Shown one piece after another: positions 1 to 8,715 of a stretch of 64,000 bases of DNA; positions within the stretch are counted from its first letter, which is position 1, and every line of letters begins with the position of its first letter. The notes beneath the pieces were generated by a model. That model was not told the origin of the DNA and did not search any database. It worked only from the letters and a program-made list of their open reading frames with translations. Origin of the DNA: an uncultured Clostridia bacterium (GTDB lineage Bacteria; Bacillota; Clostridia; TANB77; CAG-508); assembly GCA_947629555.1 (NCBI GenBank), contig CANRED010000001.1, positions 2,489 to 66,488 on the forward strand. Direction: 5' to 3'. Made by a program: the position numbers and the translations under genes.

Positions 1-1195
1 ATAAGTCTCCTACTTCATCATTGCTTACATTAACTATTTTTTCTACAGTTTTTCCTTCATTTTGCTTTGCCATATTTGCGAAATTGTCTGCAACAGTTTG
101 TATATCGCTAGAATATGATGATGCAAACATATATAGAGCTAAACAATCTATTACCATTAAAACGACAAAGGTTGTAAAGAAATAAAGTAATAATTCGTTT
201 GAACTTATTTCATAATATACACCTACTAAATATGTTTCATTTCCTATATTAATTTTATTTACACAACCTTGAGCATCTACTCCATAGTATTCATAAACTC
301 TACCATCTTTACTATCACTAAGTTCATTTAAATATTTGTTAAAATATGCACTAAATTCAATTTCTTCGCCATTTTTATTAATGTACGTTCCGTCTGCTTT
401 TTTAATGAAGGCTATATCTTCTTCATTATAAAGCTCTATGTTATCTAACATTTCAATTAGTTCTTCTAAATCTTTAGGATGATTAATATTTACAAAATAT
501 GATAATCTTTCTTTATATATTTCAAATACTGAATTTCCCTTTTCATATATTATTTTTGAATATCCAATTAATGCCGTAAATAGAATCGCAATTACTATTA
601 ATGGTAATATATGATGGAAAAAACGTTTTTTTATACTAACTCTTTTGTAACAAATTTTATTTAATGTAGGTAGTTTTAATAATAGTTTCCTAAATAATCT
701 TTTTGTATATATTAATACTCCACTTACATAAACAGTAATAAATGTAAGTAATAAAATAAATATTTTTATAGTAGTAGTACCAAATTGTTTAATTGTAAAA
801 GCATGTATTACTGTAATTAAAATACTAGGACAAATAATATTTAAAAAATACATAGTGTATGGTACATTATATAATTTATTTCTTACATAATTTATTTCTT
901 TTTCACTAAATGATTTAGCATCTTCAAACATTTTTTTATATTTAACTAAAAACATAGTTTGGCTAAACACTATAATAATAAAAGAACCAAAAATTGCTAA
1001 AGATATTGATATTACTTGTACATTATAATTTGTTTGTTCTAATTCATATTGAAAATTAGAGTTGTATGTACCTGCAGGATAATTCAAAATGCTTGGTATT
1101 AAAAAATAAAATATTGATGATAAAATTATGATTCCTATTAATAGTGATATTAACAATTTTATTTGAATATTATATTTTTTAATTAATTGCTTCAT
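1..1195 (-). CDS. Membrane signalling protein (TM segments, extracytoplasmic domain, HAMP linker; MCP/sensor-like). The 3' end lies beyond the window edge.
   Basis: The frame is open to the window edge, so it is absent from the ORF track. ATG at 1195-1193 has a GGGGGA SD just upstream. Translation starts MKQLIKKYNIQIKLLISLLIGIIIL. The last visible residues, SSDIQTVADNFANMAKQNEGKTVEKIVNVSNDEVGDL, fit a HAMP linker. It starts 17 nt downstream of the NRPS stop on the same strand. Confidence 0.6.
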   Translation of the reverse strand, partial: MKQLIKKYNIQIKLLISLLIGIIILSSIFYFLIPSILNYPAGTYNSNFQYELEQTNYNVQVISISLAIFGSFIIIVFSQTMFLVKYKKMFEDAKSFSEKEINYVRNKLYNVPYTMYFLNIICPSILITVIHAFTIKQFGTTTIKIFILLLTFITVYVSGVLIYTKRLFRKLLLKLPTLNKICYKRVSIKKRFFHHILPLIVIAILFTALIGYSKIIYEKGNSVFEIYKERLSYFVNINHPKDLEELIEMLDNIELYNEEDIAFIKKADGTYINKNGEEIEFSAYFNKYLNELSDSKDGRVYEYYGVDAQGCVNKINIGNETYLVGVYYEISSNELLLYFFTTFVVLMVIDCLALYMFASSYSSDIQTVADNFANMAKQNEGKTVEKIVNVSNDEVGDL

Positions 1196-1212
1196 AATAT
1201 ATTCCCCCTGTA

Positions 1213-4200
1213 TTAATTTAATAATTTATTATCTTTAATACATTTAATAATATTACTTATATATTCTTTTTCTATTTCTGGCCATTTAAAGTTTAATTTT
1301 TCTAAAATTTGATTTGTAATATCATTTTTTTGCTTAATAGAAAGGTTAAAAGATAATCCTTCTGTTTCACTTAAATCGTTTACAACCCCTTTTAGAGCTG
1401 TTGTATTATTTTGTACTTTTTTCATAATTTCTGTTTGGAAGTCTTTTGGTGTTTTTATTTCTATGTTAAATCCTTCTTCTTTAAATATTTCTACTAATCT
1501 TGCAGTTTTCATATAATTTTGATTAAATAAATGATATACCATATTTACATTTTTTGTATTCCATATTAACTTTACTAGTGCTTTGCTACATAAATCAACT
1601 GGAGTAAATTCTAATACCTGTTCTAACATATTTGTTGGTATCATTTCGTATTTTAAAATAAGTAATAATATGTTATAAAAAGCATTTTCTTCTATATTTT
1701 TTTGGAAACGTCCATCGTTATATCTTCCAGTTAAATTTCCTACTCTGCATATAATCGCTTTTAGTCCGTTATTTACATTTTCATATATTCGTTTTTCTGC
1801 TTCAAATTTTGTACGAATATATACATTTTCGAAAAATCTTTGTCCTATGTAAAAATCATTTTCATCAAAAGTTGTAATTCCATTATTAATATGTCCTACT
1901 AAGTAGTTTCCGCAAACACCTAATGTTGATATGTGAACTAGTAAAACATCTTGCTCTTTACAAAAATCTATTAAGTTTTGTGTAATGTCTACATTTACTT
2001 TTTTAAAATATTCATATTGTCCATAATATCTAACATTTGCAGCACAATTTATAACTAAATCTACTTTTTTGCAAATATAATCATAATCTTTTTTAGATAA
2101 TCCTAATGATTTTTTTGTTATATCTGTATCTATAAATTCTACTCTTGTATAATCTATTTTTTCATCGAAATAAAATTTAAATAGTTCTTCATTTCTCTCA
2201 ATCGCTGTTTTATTTCCTTTGCCTCTTGTTAAACATATAATATTAACTTCTTTATTTGTATTTAATATTTCATGCAAAACTTGCATTCCTAAGTAACCTG
2301 TGCATCCAGTTAGTAGCACACATTTATAATTATTTTTAGCTAAAACAACTTGCTCTTTATTCATACATTTATTAATTTCTTTTAATTCTTCTGGCATAAT
2401 TTCCATAGTTGCTTTCGTATGATTTTCAATTCTTTCTGCTAATTTTTCTATTGTTCTACATTCATAGAAATCTTGAGTATTTAAGTTAAATTTATATGGT
2501 AATAACTTAGTTTGAATTCTAATTATATCTAATGAATCTATTTGATAGTCAAATAAATCATAATTAATTCCTATTTTTTCTCCTTTTAATTCTTCTTCTA
2601 ATACCTTGCATAATATTTTTTGCGTTTCGGTTTGTGGTTTAATCAATTTTTCTACGCTCTTTTTCTCTTCTGGTGGTTCTGGTAAAGCCTTTCTATTAAC
2701 TTTATGGTTTATTGTTAAAGGAATCTCCTCTAACTGCATATAATGCGTTGGTACCATGTAGTTTGGCAACTTATCTGTTAAGTATTTTTTTAGTACACTT
2801 GTATCTATTTTTTCTTTAGAAACAAAATATGCACATAAATATTTTTTTCCAGTTGAGTCTTCTCTATCTGTTACGACTGCTTTTTCAATATCTGGAAATT
2901 CTAAAACATGATTACTAATATCATCAAGTTCTATTCTATATCCTCTAATTTTTACTTGATAATCTTTTCTTCCTAAACATATAAGTTCTCCATTTTCCTG
3001 CCATTTTCCGAAGTCTCCTGTTTTATATACAATATCGTTTTCTTTGTATGGGTTATTAACAAAAACCTTATTTGTAATATCTTCATTTTTGTAATATCCT
3101 AGTCCAACTCCAGCTCCACCTATTACAATTTCCCCAATTGTACCAAAAGGAACTAATTTATTATTATCATTCCATAAATATACTTGAGTATTTGCTATTG
3201 GTTTACCAATCGTAATTTCTTGCAATCCAGTTAATTCCTTAAATGTTGAATATACTGTAGTTTCTGTTGGTCCATATAAATTATATATACGGGCTTTTGT
3301 TAATTTATTTAGTTGTTCTAATAATTGATTTGGAAATGGCTCTCCACCTAATATTATTTCTTTTAAAACCTGTAAGCACTCTAAATACTCATCATTCATA
3401 AATAATAATTGTATTCTTGATGGTGTTGTTAATATCTTCGTTATTTTATTTTTTACAATTATTTCATTTAATAATTGTGGACTTCTCGCTTCTATTTCAC
3501 TTGCTATTACCAACTCTAATCCAGATAATAATGTTGGAAATAATTCAAAAACGAATATATCAAAGCATACTGTTGTAACAGATAATACTTTATTATCTGA
3601 CTTTGGATTATAATTTAATTTGTTTTGCATTGATGTTACGAAGTTAAGTACATTTTCATGCTTTATTGTAACTGCCTTTGGCACTCCTGTTGAACCTGAT
3701 GTATACATGATATATGCTTTTTTTGATGGCTCAATATTAATATTTAAATTTTCTGATTTTTTTTCGTCATTTAATAATATTTTTTCTCCGTTAAAACAAA
3801 TATTATCTAGTAATTCTTTTTGCGTAATTATTATTTTTGTTCCACTATTTTTTAGCATAATATTTTTTCTATCTTCTGGATATTCTGGGTCTATTGGCAT
3901 ATATGTATGACCTGACTTTAAAATTCCCAAAATTGCTATTATCATGTCTATGCTTCTATTCATTTGAAATGCAATTATATCAGTATCAATTCCTTTGTTT
4001 AGTATTCTATTTGCTAAGGCATTTGCTCTTTCATTTAATTCTGAATATGTCATTTTCTTGTCTTTAAATGAAACAGCAATATTATTAGGATATTTTTCTA
4101 CAATTTTTTCAAATTGCTCTACTATATTTGAATTTTTAGGATAAGTACTTTCTTTTGGATTTAATTCATATAATAACTTATTTTTCTCAGATTCAGACAC

Positions 4201-5490
4201 AATTTCTAAATCCTTTATACAAATTTTTTCATTTTCTATTACTTGATTTAAAATTGCCATAATTCTTTCATGCATTTCATCTATTTGTTCTTCTGTTAGA
4301 CAGTCAATTAAATAATCATAACAAATTGATAAAGTTCCGGAATTTTCTAAATCTCTTATGTGCACCATTAAAGATTCTACTTGATTATAATTTTCAAACC
4401 AATTAGACTTAATTGGAAAATTAGGATCAATCATTTCTATTTTTGCATTTTGATAAGAAAATACTATATCAAACAATTTGCCATTACTACTATGTTTTTG
4501 TTTTACAAATTGATATATCTCATCATAAGGATATTTTAAGTGTCTATACATTGTTAATTGATCTTTTGAGATTTTTTGAGCATGTTCAATAAAAGTATCA
4601 TTGTCGTCTACATTTACTACAAAAGGCTGTATACTAACAAACATTCCTGCAGTATGTTTTTGTTTAAAATTAGAACGATTTAACACGGGATTACCTATTG
4701 TGTATCTATTAGAATTAAATATATTTCTAAAATATATAGAAAAAACGCTTAATAACAATACATATGCTGATAATTTATTGTCAGCACATATTTTGTTTAC
4801 TTTTTCCATTGTTTTAGCATCTATTTTGTGTTGCTTTCTTTTTGAAACTATACCAGTATTTACATCTGATTTAAATGAAATAAAATCTGGTAAAACTGTA
4901 AATTGTTGTTCCCAAAATTCTTTGTCTTTTTTAAATGAATTCTCGTTTATATATTCTTCTTGAGATTTAATAAATTCAATATATGATGGTTTTTCTTCAA
5001 ATGCTTCTATATCTTTTCCATCAACTATTTGAATGTAATTTTGATAAACCTCATTTAAAAATAAAATCATAGTCCATGCATCTGATACTAAATGGTGTAA
5101 ATTTAATAAAATAACACCTCTGTCATCTGGAAATTTTGCCAGTTTTATGTTGTATAAATTATTATCCATTACATTAAATGGCTCTTTTACAAATTCTTTT
5201 TCAATTTCATCTAATTCACTTATACTATTTACATCTATTACTGGAACTTTTACATATTTATATTCATCTACATATTGTTTTACTCCATTTTCCGTCATGG
5301 TTATTTTTAACCTATATCCATCATTATTTTTTATAACAGCATTAATTGCCTGTTCTAATTTTTCAAAATTGCAAGGCACATCTATTCTTAAATCTCCTGC
5401 TATATTATTTATGGTACTATTTTCATAAAATTGTTGAGTTAACCATATAGATTTTTGTGGATTTGTTAATTCAAATTCTTTATTTTCCAT
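1213..5490 (-). CDS. Single-module nonribosomal peptide synthetase: condensation, adenylation, thiolation and terminal thioester reductase domains (C-A-T-R)
   Basis: The 1425-aa ORF carries these motifs: C domain HHLVSDAWT; A domain YTSGSTGVPKAV, NLYGPTETT, YKTGDFGKW, GRKDYQVKIRGYRIELDDI, NHKVNRKAL; carrier domain DYQIDSLDIIRI; R domain VLLTGCTGYLGMQVL plus YIRTKFEAEK (YxxxK). Confidence 0.9.
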   Translation of the reverse strand: MENKEFELTNPQKSIWLTQQFYENSTINNIAGDLRIDVPCNFEKLEQAINAVIKNNDGYRLKITMTENGVKQYVDEYKYVKVPVIDVNSISELDEIEKEFVKEPFNVMDNNLYNIKLAKFPDDRGVILLNLHHLVSDAWTMILFLNEVYQNYIQIVDGKDIEAFEEKPSYIEFIKSQEEYINENSFKKDKEFWEQQFTVLPDFISFKSDVNTGIVSKRKQHKIDAKTMEKVNKICADNKLSAYVLLLSVFSIYFRNIFNSNRYTIGNPVLNRSNFKQKHTAGMFVSIQPFVVNVDDNDTFIEHAQKISKDQLTMYRHLKYPYDEIYQFVKQKHSSNGKLFDIVFSYQNAKIEMIDPNFPIKSNWFENYNQVESLMVHIRDLENSGTLSICYDYLIDCLTEEQIDEMHERIMAILNQVIENEKICIKDLEIVSESEKNKLLYELNPKESTYPKNSNIVEQFEKIVEKYPNNIAVSFKDKKMTYSELNERANALANRILNKGIDTDIIAFQMNRSIDMIIAILGILKSGHTYMPIDPEYPEDRKNIMLKNSGTKIIITQKELLDNICFNGEKILLNDEKKSENLNINIEPSKKAYIMYTSGSTGVPKAVTIKHENVLNFVTSMQNKLNYNPKSDNKVLSVTTVCFDIFVFELFPTLLSGLELVIASEIEARSPQLLNEIIVKNKITKILTTPSRIQLLFMNDEYLECLQVLKEIILGGEPFPNQLLEQLNKLTKARIYNLYGPTETTVYSTFKELTGLQEITIGKPIANTQVYLWNDNNKLVPFGTIGEIVIGGAGVGLGYYKNEDITNKVFVNNPYKENDIVYKTGDFGKWQENGELICLGRKDYQVKIRGYRIELDDISNHVLEFPDIEKAVVTDREDSTGKKYLCAYFVSKEKIDTSVLKKYLTDKLPNYMVPTHYMQLEEIPLTINHKVNRKALPEPPEEKKSVEKLIKPQTETQKILCKVLEEELKGEKIGINYDLFDYQIDSLDIIRIQTKLLPYKFNLNTQDFYECRTIEKLAERIENHTKATMEIMPEELKEINKCMNKEQVVLAKNNYKCVLLTGCTGYLGMQVLHEILNTNKEVNIICLTRGKGNKTAIERNEELFKFYFDEKIDYTRVEFIDTDITKKSLGLSKKDYDYICKKVDLVINCAANVRYYGQYEYFKKVNVDITQNLIDFCKEQDVLLVHISTLGVCGNYLVGHINNGITTFDENDFYIGQRFFENVYIRTKFEAEKRIYENVNNGLKAIICRVGNLTGRYNDGRFQKNIEENAFYNILLLILKYEMIPTNMLEQVLEFTPVDLCSKALVKLIWNTKNVNMVYHLFNQNYMKTARLVEIFKEEGFNIEIKTPKDFQTEIMKKVQNNTTALKGVVNDLSETEGLSFNLSIKQKNDITNQILEKLNFKWPEIEKEYISNIIKCIKDNKLLN

Positions 5491-5533
5491 CTGTAATAAA
5501 TTCCTTTCATATATGCTTTTTTAATTTAGTTTC

Positions 5534-5562
5534 ATTGTAGCATATTGCAAAATGCCTTGCAA
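5534..5562 (-). promoter_or_regulatory. Sigma-A type promoter of the NRPS gene, overlapped by a 9-bp inverted repeat (candidate operator)
   Basis: Minus strand reads TTGCAA-17 nt-TACAAT, about 45 nt upstream of the NRPS ATG. The palindrome ATATTGCAA-N6-TTGCAATAT spans the -35/spacer region. Confidence 0.4.
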
Positions 5563-5624
5563 TATTTTTTTGTAAAAATTGGAAACATCTAACTATATTT
5601 TAAATTTTTTTGAAAGATAAAAGA

Positions 5625-5643
5625 GGGCACCAATTTGGTGCCC
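5625..5643 (-). terminator. Intrinsic terminator after the S1-domain gene
   Basis: GGGCACCAA/TTGGTGCCC hairpin, followed on the minus strand by a T-rich run. Confidence 0.6.
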
Positions 5644-5657
5644 CCTAATTTTGGAGT

Positions 5658-6467
5658 TCAATCGTAGTTTTGCAAGAAATTGCATTTAAAGCCTTCATTT
5701 TTCATTGCTTTTACTTTGCAGAATACTTTTTGCCCTTCTTGTAAAATCGTATCATCAAATACATCCATGATACCCACGTTTCCAGGGTCATATTCTACGA
5801 AATACCCCGATTCGTTTACTGACGTGTTTACTTCTACAACCATAATTACCCCTCTGTCAAATTCTTTTTTACAATATGCATCCTTTCGTGACACAATAAA
5901 AAATGATGTTTTTGGATCAAAATCCATCAATTTTACAGTTATCACATCTCCTTCTTTTACGTGCTTTGGAATTGCATAGTACATTGATTTTGACATATTG
6001 GTAACGTGCAATAAAGTATTGACGCCATTGCCGATATCAATAAATGCGCCATAACCTACAATTCTTTCTACAGTAGCAGTTACATTTTCAGAAATTTTGT
6101 TCATCAAGATTTCTGTTGTTTGCTTAAGTACCTGCGCTCTGTCTAACTCGATTGTTCCGTTTCGATGTTTTGCAACCACCTTTGCTATTACATTTTTACC
6201 AAGGTTTCCACTTACGGCTTTAGATAGCACTTTCTCTTCATTATTCGGATACATATAGTTAGTACCGCGAATAAAATAGTTTAGTGCCATGTTTTCGTCA
6301 TTCCCAATAATTATTCCATTTTGAGAATCATACCCTGTAACTTTCATAGGTATAATATCCCCTACATTGGGAATTGAGGAAATTGGTTTGTATAACCGCG
6401 CTGGGGTTATGCAAAACGAAGTCTCGGGCATTTGCCTTTCCGTGCTGTTTGTACTTACTGTCAACAT
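5658..6467 (-). CDS. S1 RNA-binding domain protein (about three S1-like repeats); compositionally GC-richer than its neighbours
   Basis: 269-aa ORF with GGAGG SD 9 nt upstream. The canonical S1 signature is VGYGAFIDIGNGVNTLLHVTNMS...GDVITVKLMDFD. It contains one in-frame CGG (6396-6398) read without a shift. Confidence 0.6.
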   Translation of the reverse strand: MLTVSTNSTERQMPETSFCITPARLYKPISSIPNVGDIIPMKVTGYDSQNGIIIGNDENMALNYFIRGTNYMYPNNEEKVLSKAVSGNLGKNVIAKVVAKHRNGTIELDRAQVLKQTTEILMNKISENVTATVERIVGYGAFIDIGNGVNTLLHVTNMSKSMYYAIPKHVKEGDVITVKLMDFDPKTSFFIVSRKDAYCKKEFDRGVIMVVEVNTSVNESGYFVEYDPGNVGIMDVFDDTILQEGQKVFCKVKAMKNEGFKCNFLQNYD

Positions 6468-6555
6468 GACTTTTTACCTCCAAAAAAAAATATTATTATG
6501 TAGTTAATCTACATAATAATATTTTAACATAAATTGTTAACAATAGCAATATTTG

Positions 6556-7611
6556 TTATTTTATCATGTTTAATATTTCTTGTTTTAAACAATCTACTAT
6601 TTCATCTTGCTTTACTTTTTTAATTATTTCTCCTTTTTTAAATAGCAATCCTTCTTTAATTCCTCCTGCTATTCCTATATCTGCTTCTCTTGCCTCTCCT
6701 GGTCCATTTACTGCACATCCCATTACTGCAACTGTTATATTTGCTTCTATTGTTTGCAAAAATTCTTCAACCTCTTTTGCAATTGGTATTAAATCTATCT
6801 GTGTTCTTCCACATGTAGGACATGATACTAGTACAGGTGAATTAGAGTATAAACCACAATCTTTTAATATTTCTTTTGCAACTTTTATCTCTTTTATAGG
6901 ATCATCTGATAAAGACACTCTTAAAGTATCTCCTATACCTTGTCTTAATAAAGTTCCTAATCCTATACTCGATTTTATAGTTCCACTAAACTCTGTTCCA
7001 CTTTCAGTTATTCCTAAGTGCAATGGATATGGAAATGTTTTTGCTGCTTCTTCGTATGCTTCTATACATAAATCTAAATTAGATGCCTTTAGGGATATTA
7101 CAATATCTCTAAAATCTAAATATTCTAATATTTTAACATGTTTTGCTGCACTCTCTACCATTGCTTTAGCTGTTGGCCTTTTATATTTTTCTAATAAATC
7201 TTTTTCTAAAGAACCAGAATTTACACCTATTCTAATTGGTATCTTTTTTTCTTTACATGCATCTACTACCATTTTTACTCTATCAATTGCTCCAATATTT
7301 CCTGGGTTTATTCTAACTTTGTCTACACCTGATTTAATTGCTTCTAGTGCAATTCTATAATCAAAATGAATATCTGCAACTATTGGTATATGTATTTTTT
7401 CTTTTATTTTACTTATTGCTTTTGCATCTTCTAAATCCATACATGCTACTCTTATAATTTGACAACCTAGTTTTTCTAAAGCTAATATTTGATTTACTGT
7501 TGATTCTACATCTTTAGTTTTTGTATTACACATAGATTGAATTACTACTTTGTTTTGACCACCTATTTGTACATTTCCAACCATTATTTTTTTAGTATCA
7601 GTTCTTTTCAA
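6556..7611 (-). CDS. ispG: 4-hydroxy-3-methylbut-2-en-1-yl diphosphate synthase (flavodoxin)
   Basis: Motifs [22 protein letters not shown] and C-terminal CPTCGR...[11 protein letters not shown] prefer the TTG start at 7611 (GGGGGA SD 6 nt upstream), which removes the 19-nt overlap with dfx. The ORF-track start is 7650. Confidence 0.9.
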   Translation of the reverse strand: MKRTDTKKIMVGNVQIGGQNKVVIQSMCNTKTKDVESTVNQILALEKLGCQIIRVACMDLEDAKAISKIKEKIHIPIVADIHFDYRIALEAIKSGVDKVRINPGNIGAIDRVKMVVDACKEKKIPIRIGVNSGSLEKDLLEKYKRPTAKAMVESAAKHVKILEYLDFRDIVISLKASNLDLCIEAYEEAAKTFPYPLHLGITESGTEFSGTIKSSIGLGTLLRQGIGDTLRVSLSDDPIKEIKVAKEILKDCGLYSNSPVLVSCPTCGRTQIDLIPIAKEVEEFLQTIEANITVAVMGCAVNGPGEAREADIGIAGGIKEGLLFKKGEIIKKVKQDEIVDCLKQEILNMIK

Positions 7612-7631
7612 TATAAATTCCCCCAATGTTT

Positions 7632-7997
7632 TTACATTTCTTTTTTCCATAATCCGTGTTTATTGCAATATGCATATACCGTTGTTCCTTCTGTTCTGCA
7701 AAATTTTGCTTCTGCTGTTTTCCCTGGTTTAAAATATATTGTTTTTTCTAAGTCTCCGTTTTTAAAGCAAATCCATTCTATAAAATGATCTTCATCCATT
7801 ACATGATTTACTTTTGCTACTAGTTTATTATCAACAATGCTTAACTCTGGTACATGTTTTTCTACTGCTGCATCTGTAGAATTTGGTATTACATCTACCA
7901 TTTTTTCTCCACAACACATAATTTCGTTTTCCTCACATTTGCAATCTTCAATAACTCTAATAATTGCTCCACATTTCATACATTTTTTTAATTTCAT
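7632..7997 (-). CDS. dfx: Desulfoferrodoxin / superoxide reductase
   Basis: 121 aa. N-terminal desulforedoxin-type Cys motif (MKCGAII...CCGEKM), then EKHVP and a neelaredoxin-like C-terminal domain. AGAGGAGGA SD. Confidence 0.85.
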   Translation of the reverse strand: MKLKKCMKCGAIIRVIEDCKCEENEIMCCGEKMVDVIPNSTDAAVEKHVPELSIVDNKLVAKVNHVMDEDHFIEWICFKNGDLEKTIYFKPGKTAEAKFCRTEGTTVYAYCNKHGLWKKEM

Positions 7998-8013
7998 AAA
8001 AATTCCTCCTCTA

Positions 8014-8598
8014 TTATTTTATTAACTCTTGATTTATGTATCTATATATTTCTCCCCAATTATATAATGTTTTTAAATATTTTGTATCATCTATTTCATA
8101 CGATGGGGCATCTTTCAAATATATTGTTTTTATTCCTGCGTTAGAAATTTTTTTGCAATTCTCTATATAGTCATCTATCATCAAATCTATTTTTTCTTCT
8201 GTACATACTTTCTCTTTATCTACAATTCCCCAATAATATTTATCAAAAATTTCGAAATCGTTTTCTTTAAATATTTCTTTTGTAATTTGTATGTATTTTT
8301 TCTCATCGTAACCCCTTTGGGTAATTATAACTAATTCATGTCCTTCTTCTTTTAACATTTTTAATACTGTTTTTGCACCAGTCATAAAATTTGCATTTTT
8401 GATAGTATCATCATGATATTTTTTTACAAATTGCTTAGTTTCTTCGTCACTCCAATTATATCTCGTTTGAAATCTATCATTTCTATTATCTATTATTGTA
8501 TTCTTCTTTAATTCTACTACTTCATATAACTCTGCATATATTCTATATAATTTTTCTGTATCAAATATTACGCCATCTAAATCTACACCTATTTTCAT
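8014..8598 (-). CDS. HAD-superfamily hydrolase, 5'(3')-deoxyribonucleotidase-like
   Basis: 194 aa. N-terminal HAD motif I, KIGVDLDGVIFDT. AAGGGGG SD. Confidence 0.6.
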   Translation of the reverse strand: MKIGVDLDGVIFDTEKLYRIYAELYEVVELKKNTIIDNRNDRFQTRYNWSDEETKQFVKKYHDDTIKNANFMTGAKTVLKMLKEEGHELVIITQRGYDEKKYIQITKEIFKENDFEIFDKYYWGIVDKEKVCTEEKIDLMIDDYIENCKKISNAGIKTIYLKDAPSYEIDDTKYLKTLYNWGEIYRYINQELIK

Positions 8599-8715
8599 TT
8601 TACTGCCCCCTTATTTAACTTATTAAAATCTTTCGGCATATTACGTATAACTTCGAAGTGTGAAACTGCAAGGGTTCCGTTCCCCATATCCGTTTGTAAT
8701 ATATTAACACCTATT

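Noticed and set aside
7632-7650. 19-nt overlap between dfx and ispG as given by the ORF track
   Set aside because: An in-frame TTG at 7611 with a GGGGGA SD gives an IspG N-terminus of typical length and removes the overlap.
8599-8715. GC-richer leader upstream of the HAD nucleotidase gene, considered as a purine-type riboswitch
   Set aside because: There is an outer stem ATATTAC/GTAATAT and the strings GGAUAUGG and AGUUUC, reminiscent of the purine aptamer. I could not fit canonical P2/P3 helices or the loop-loop motifs. It may still be structured and needs a covariance-model search.
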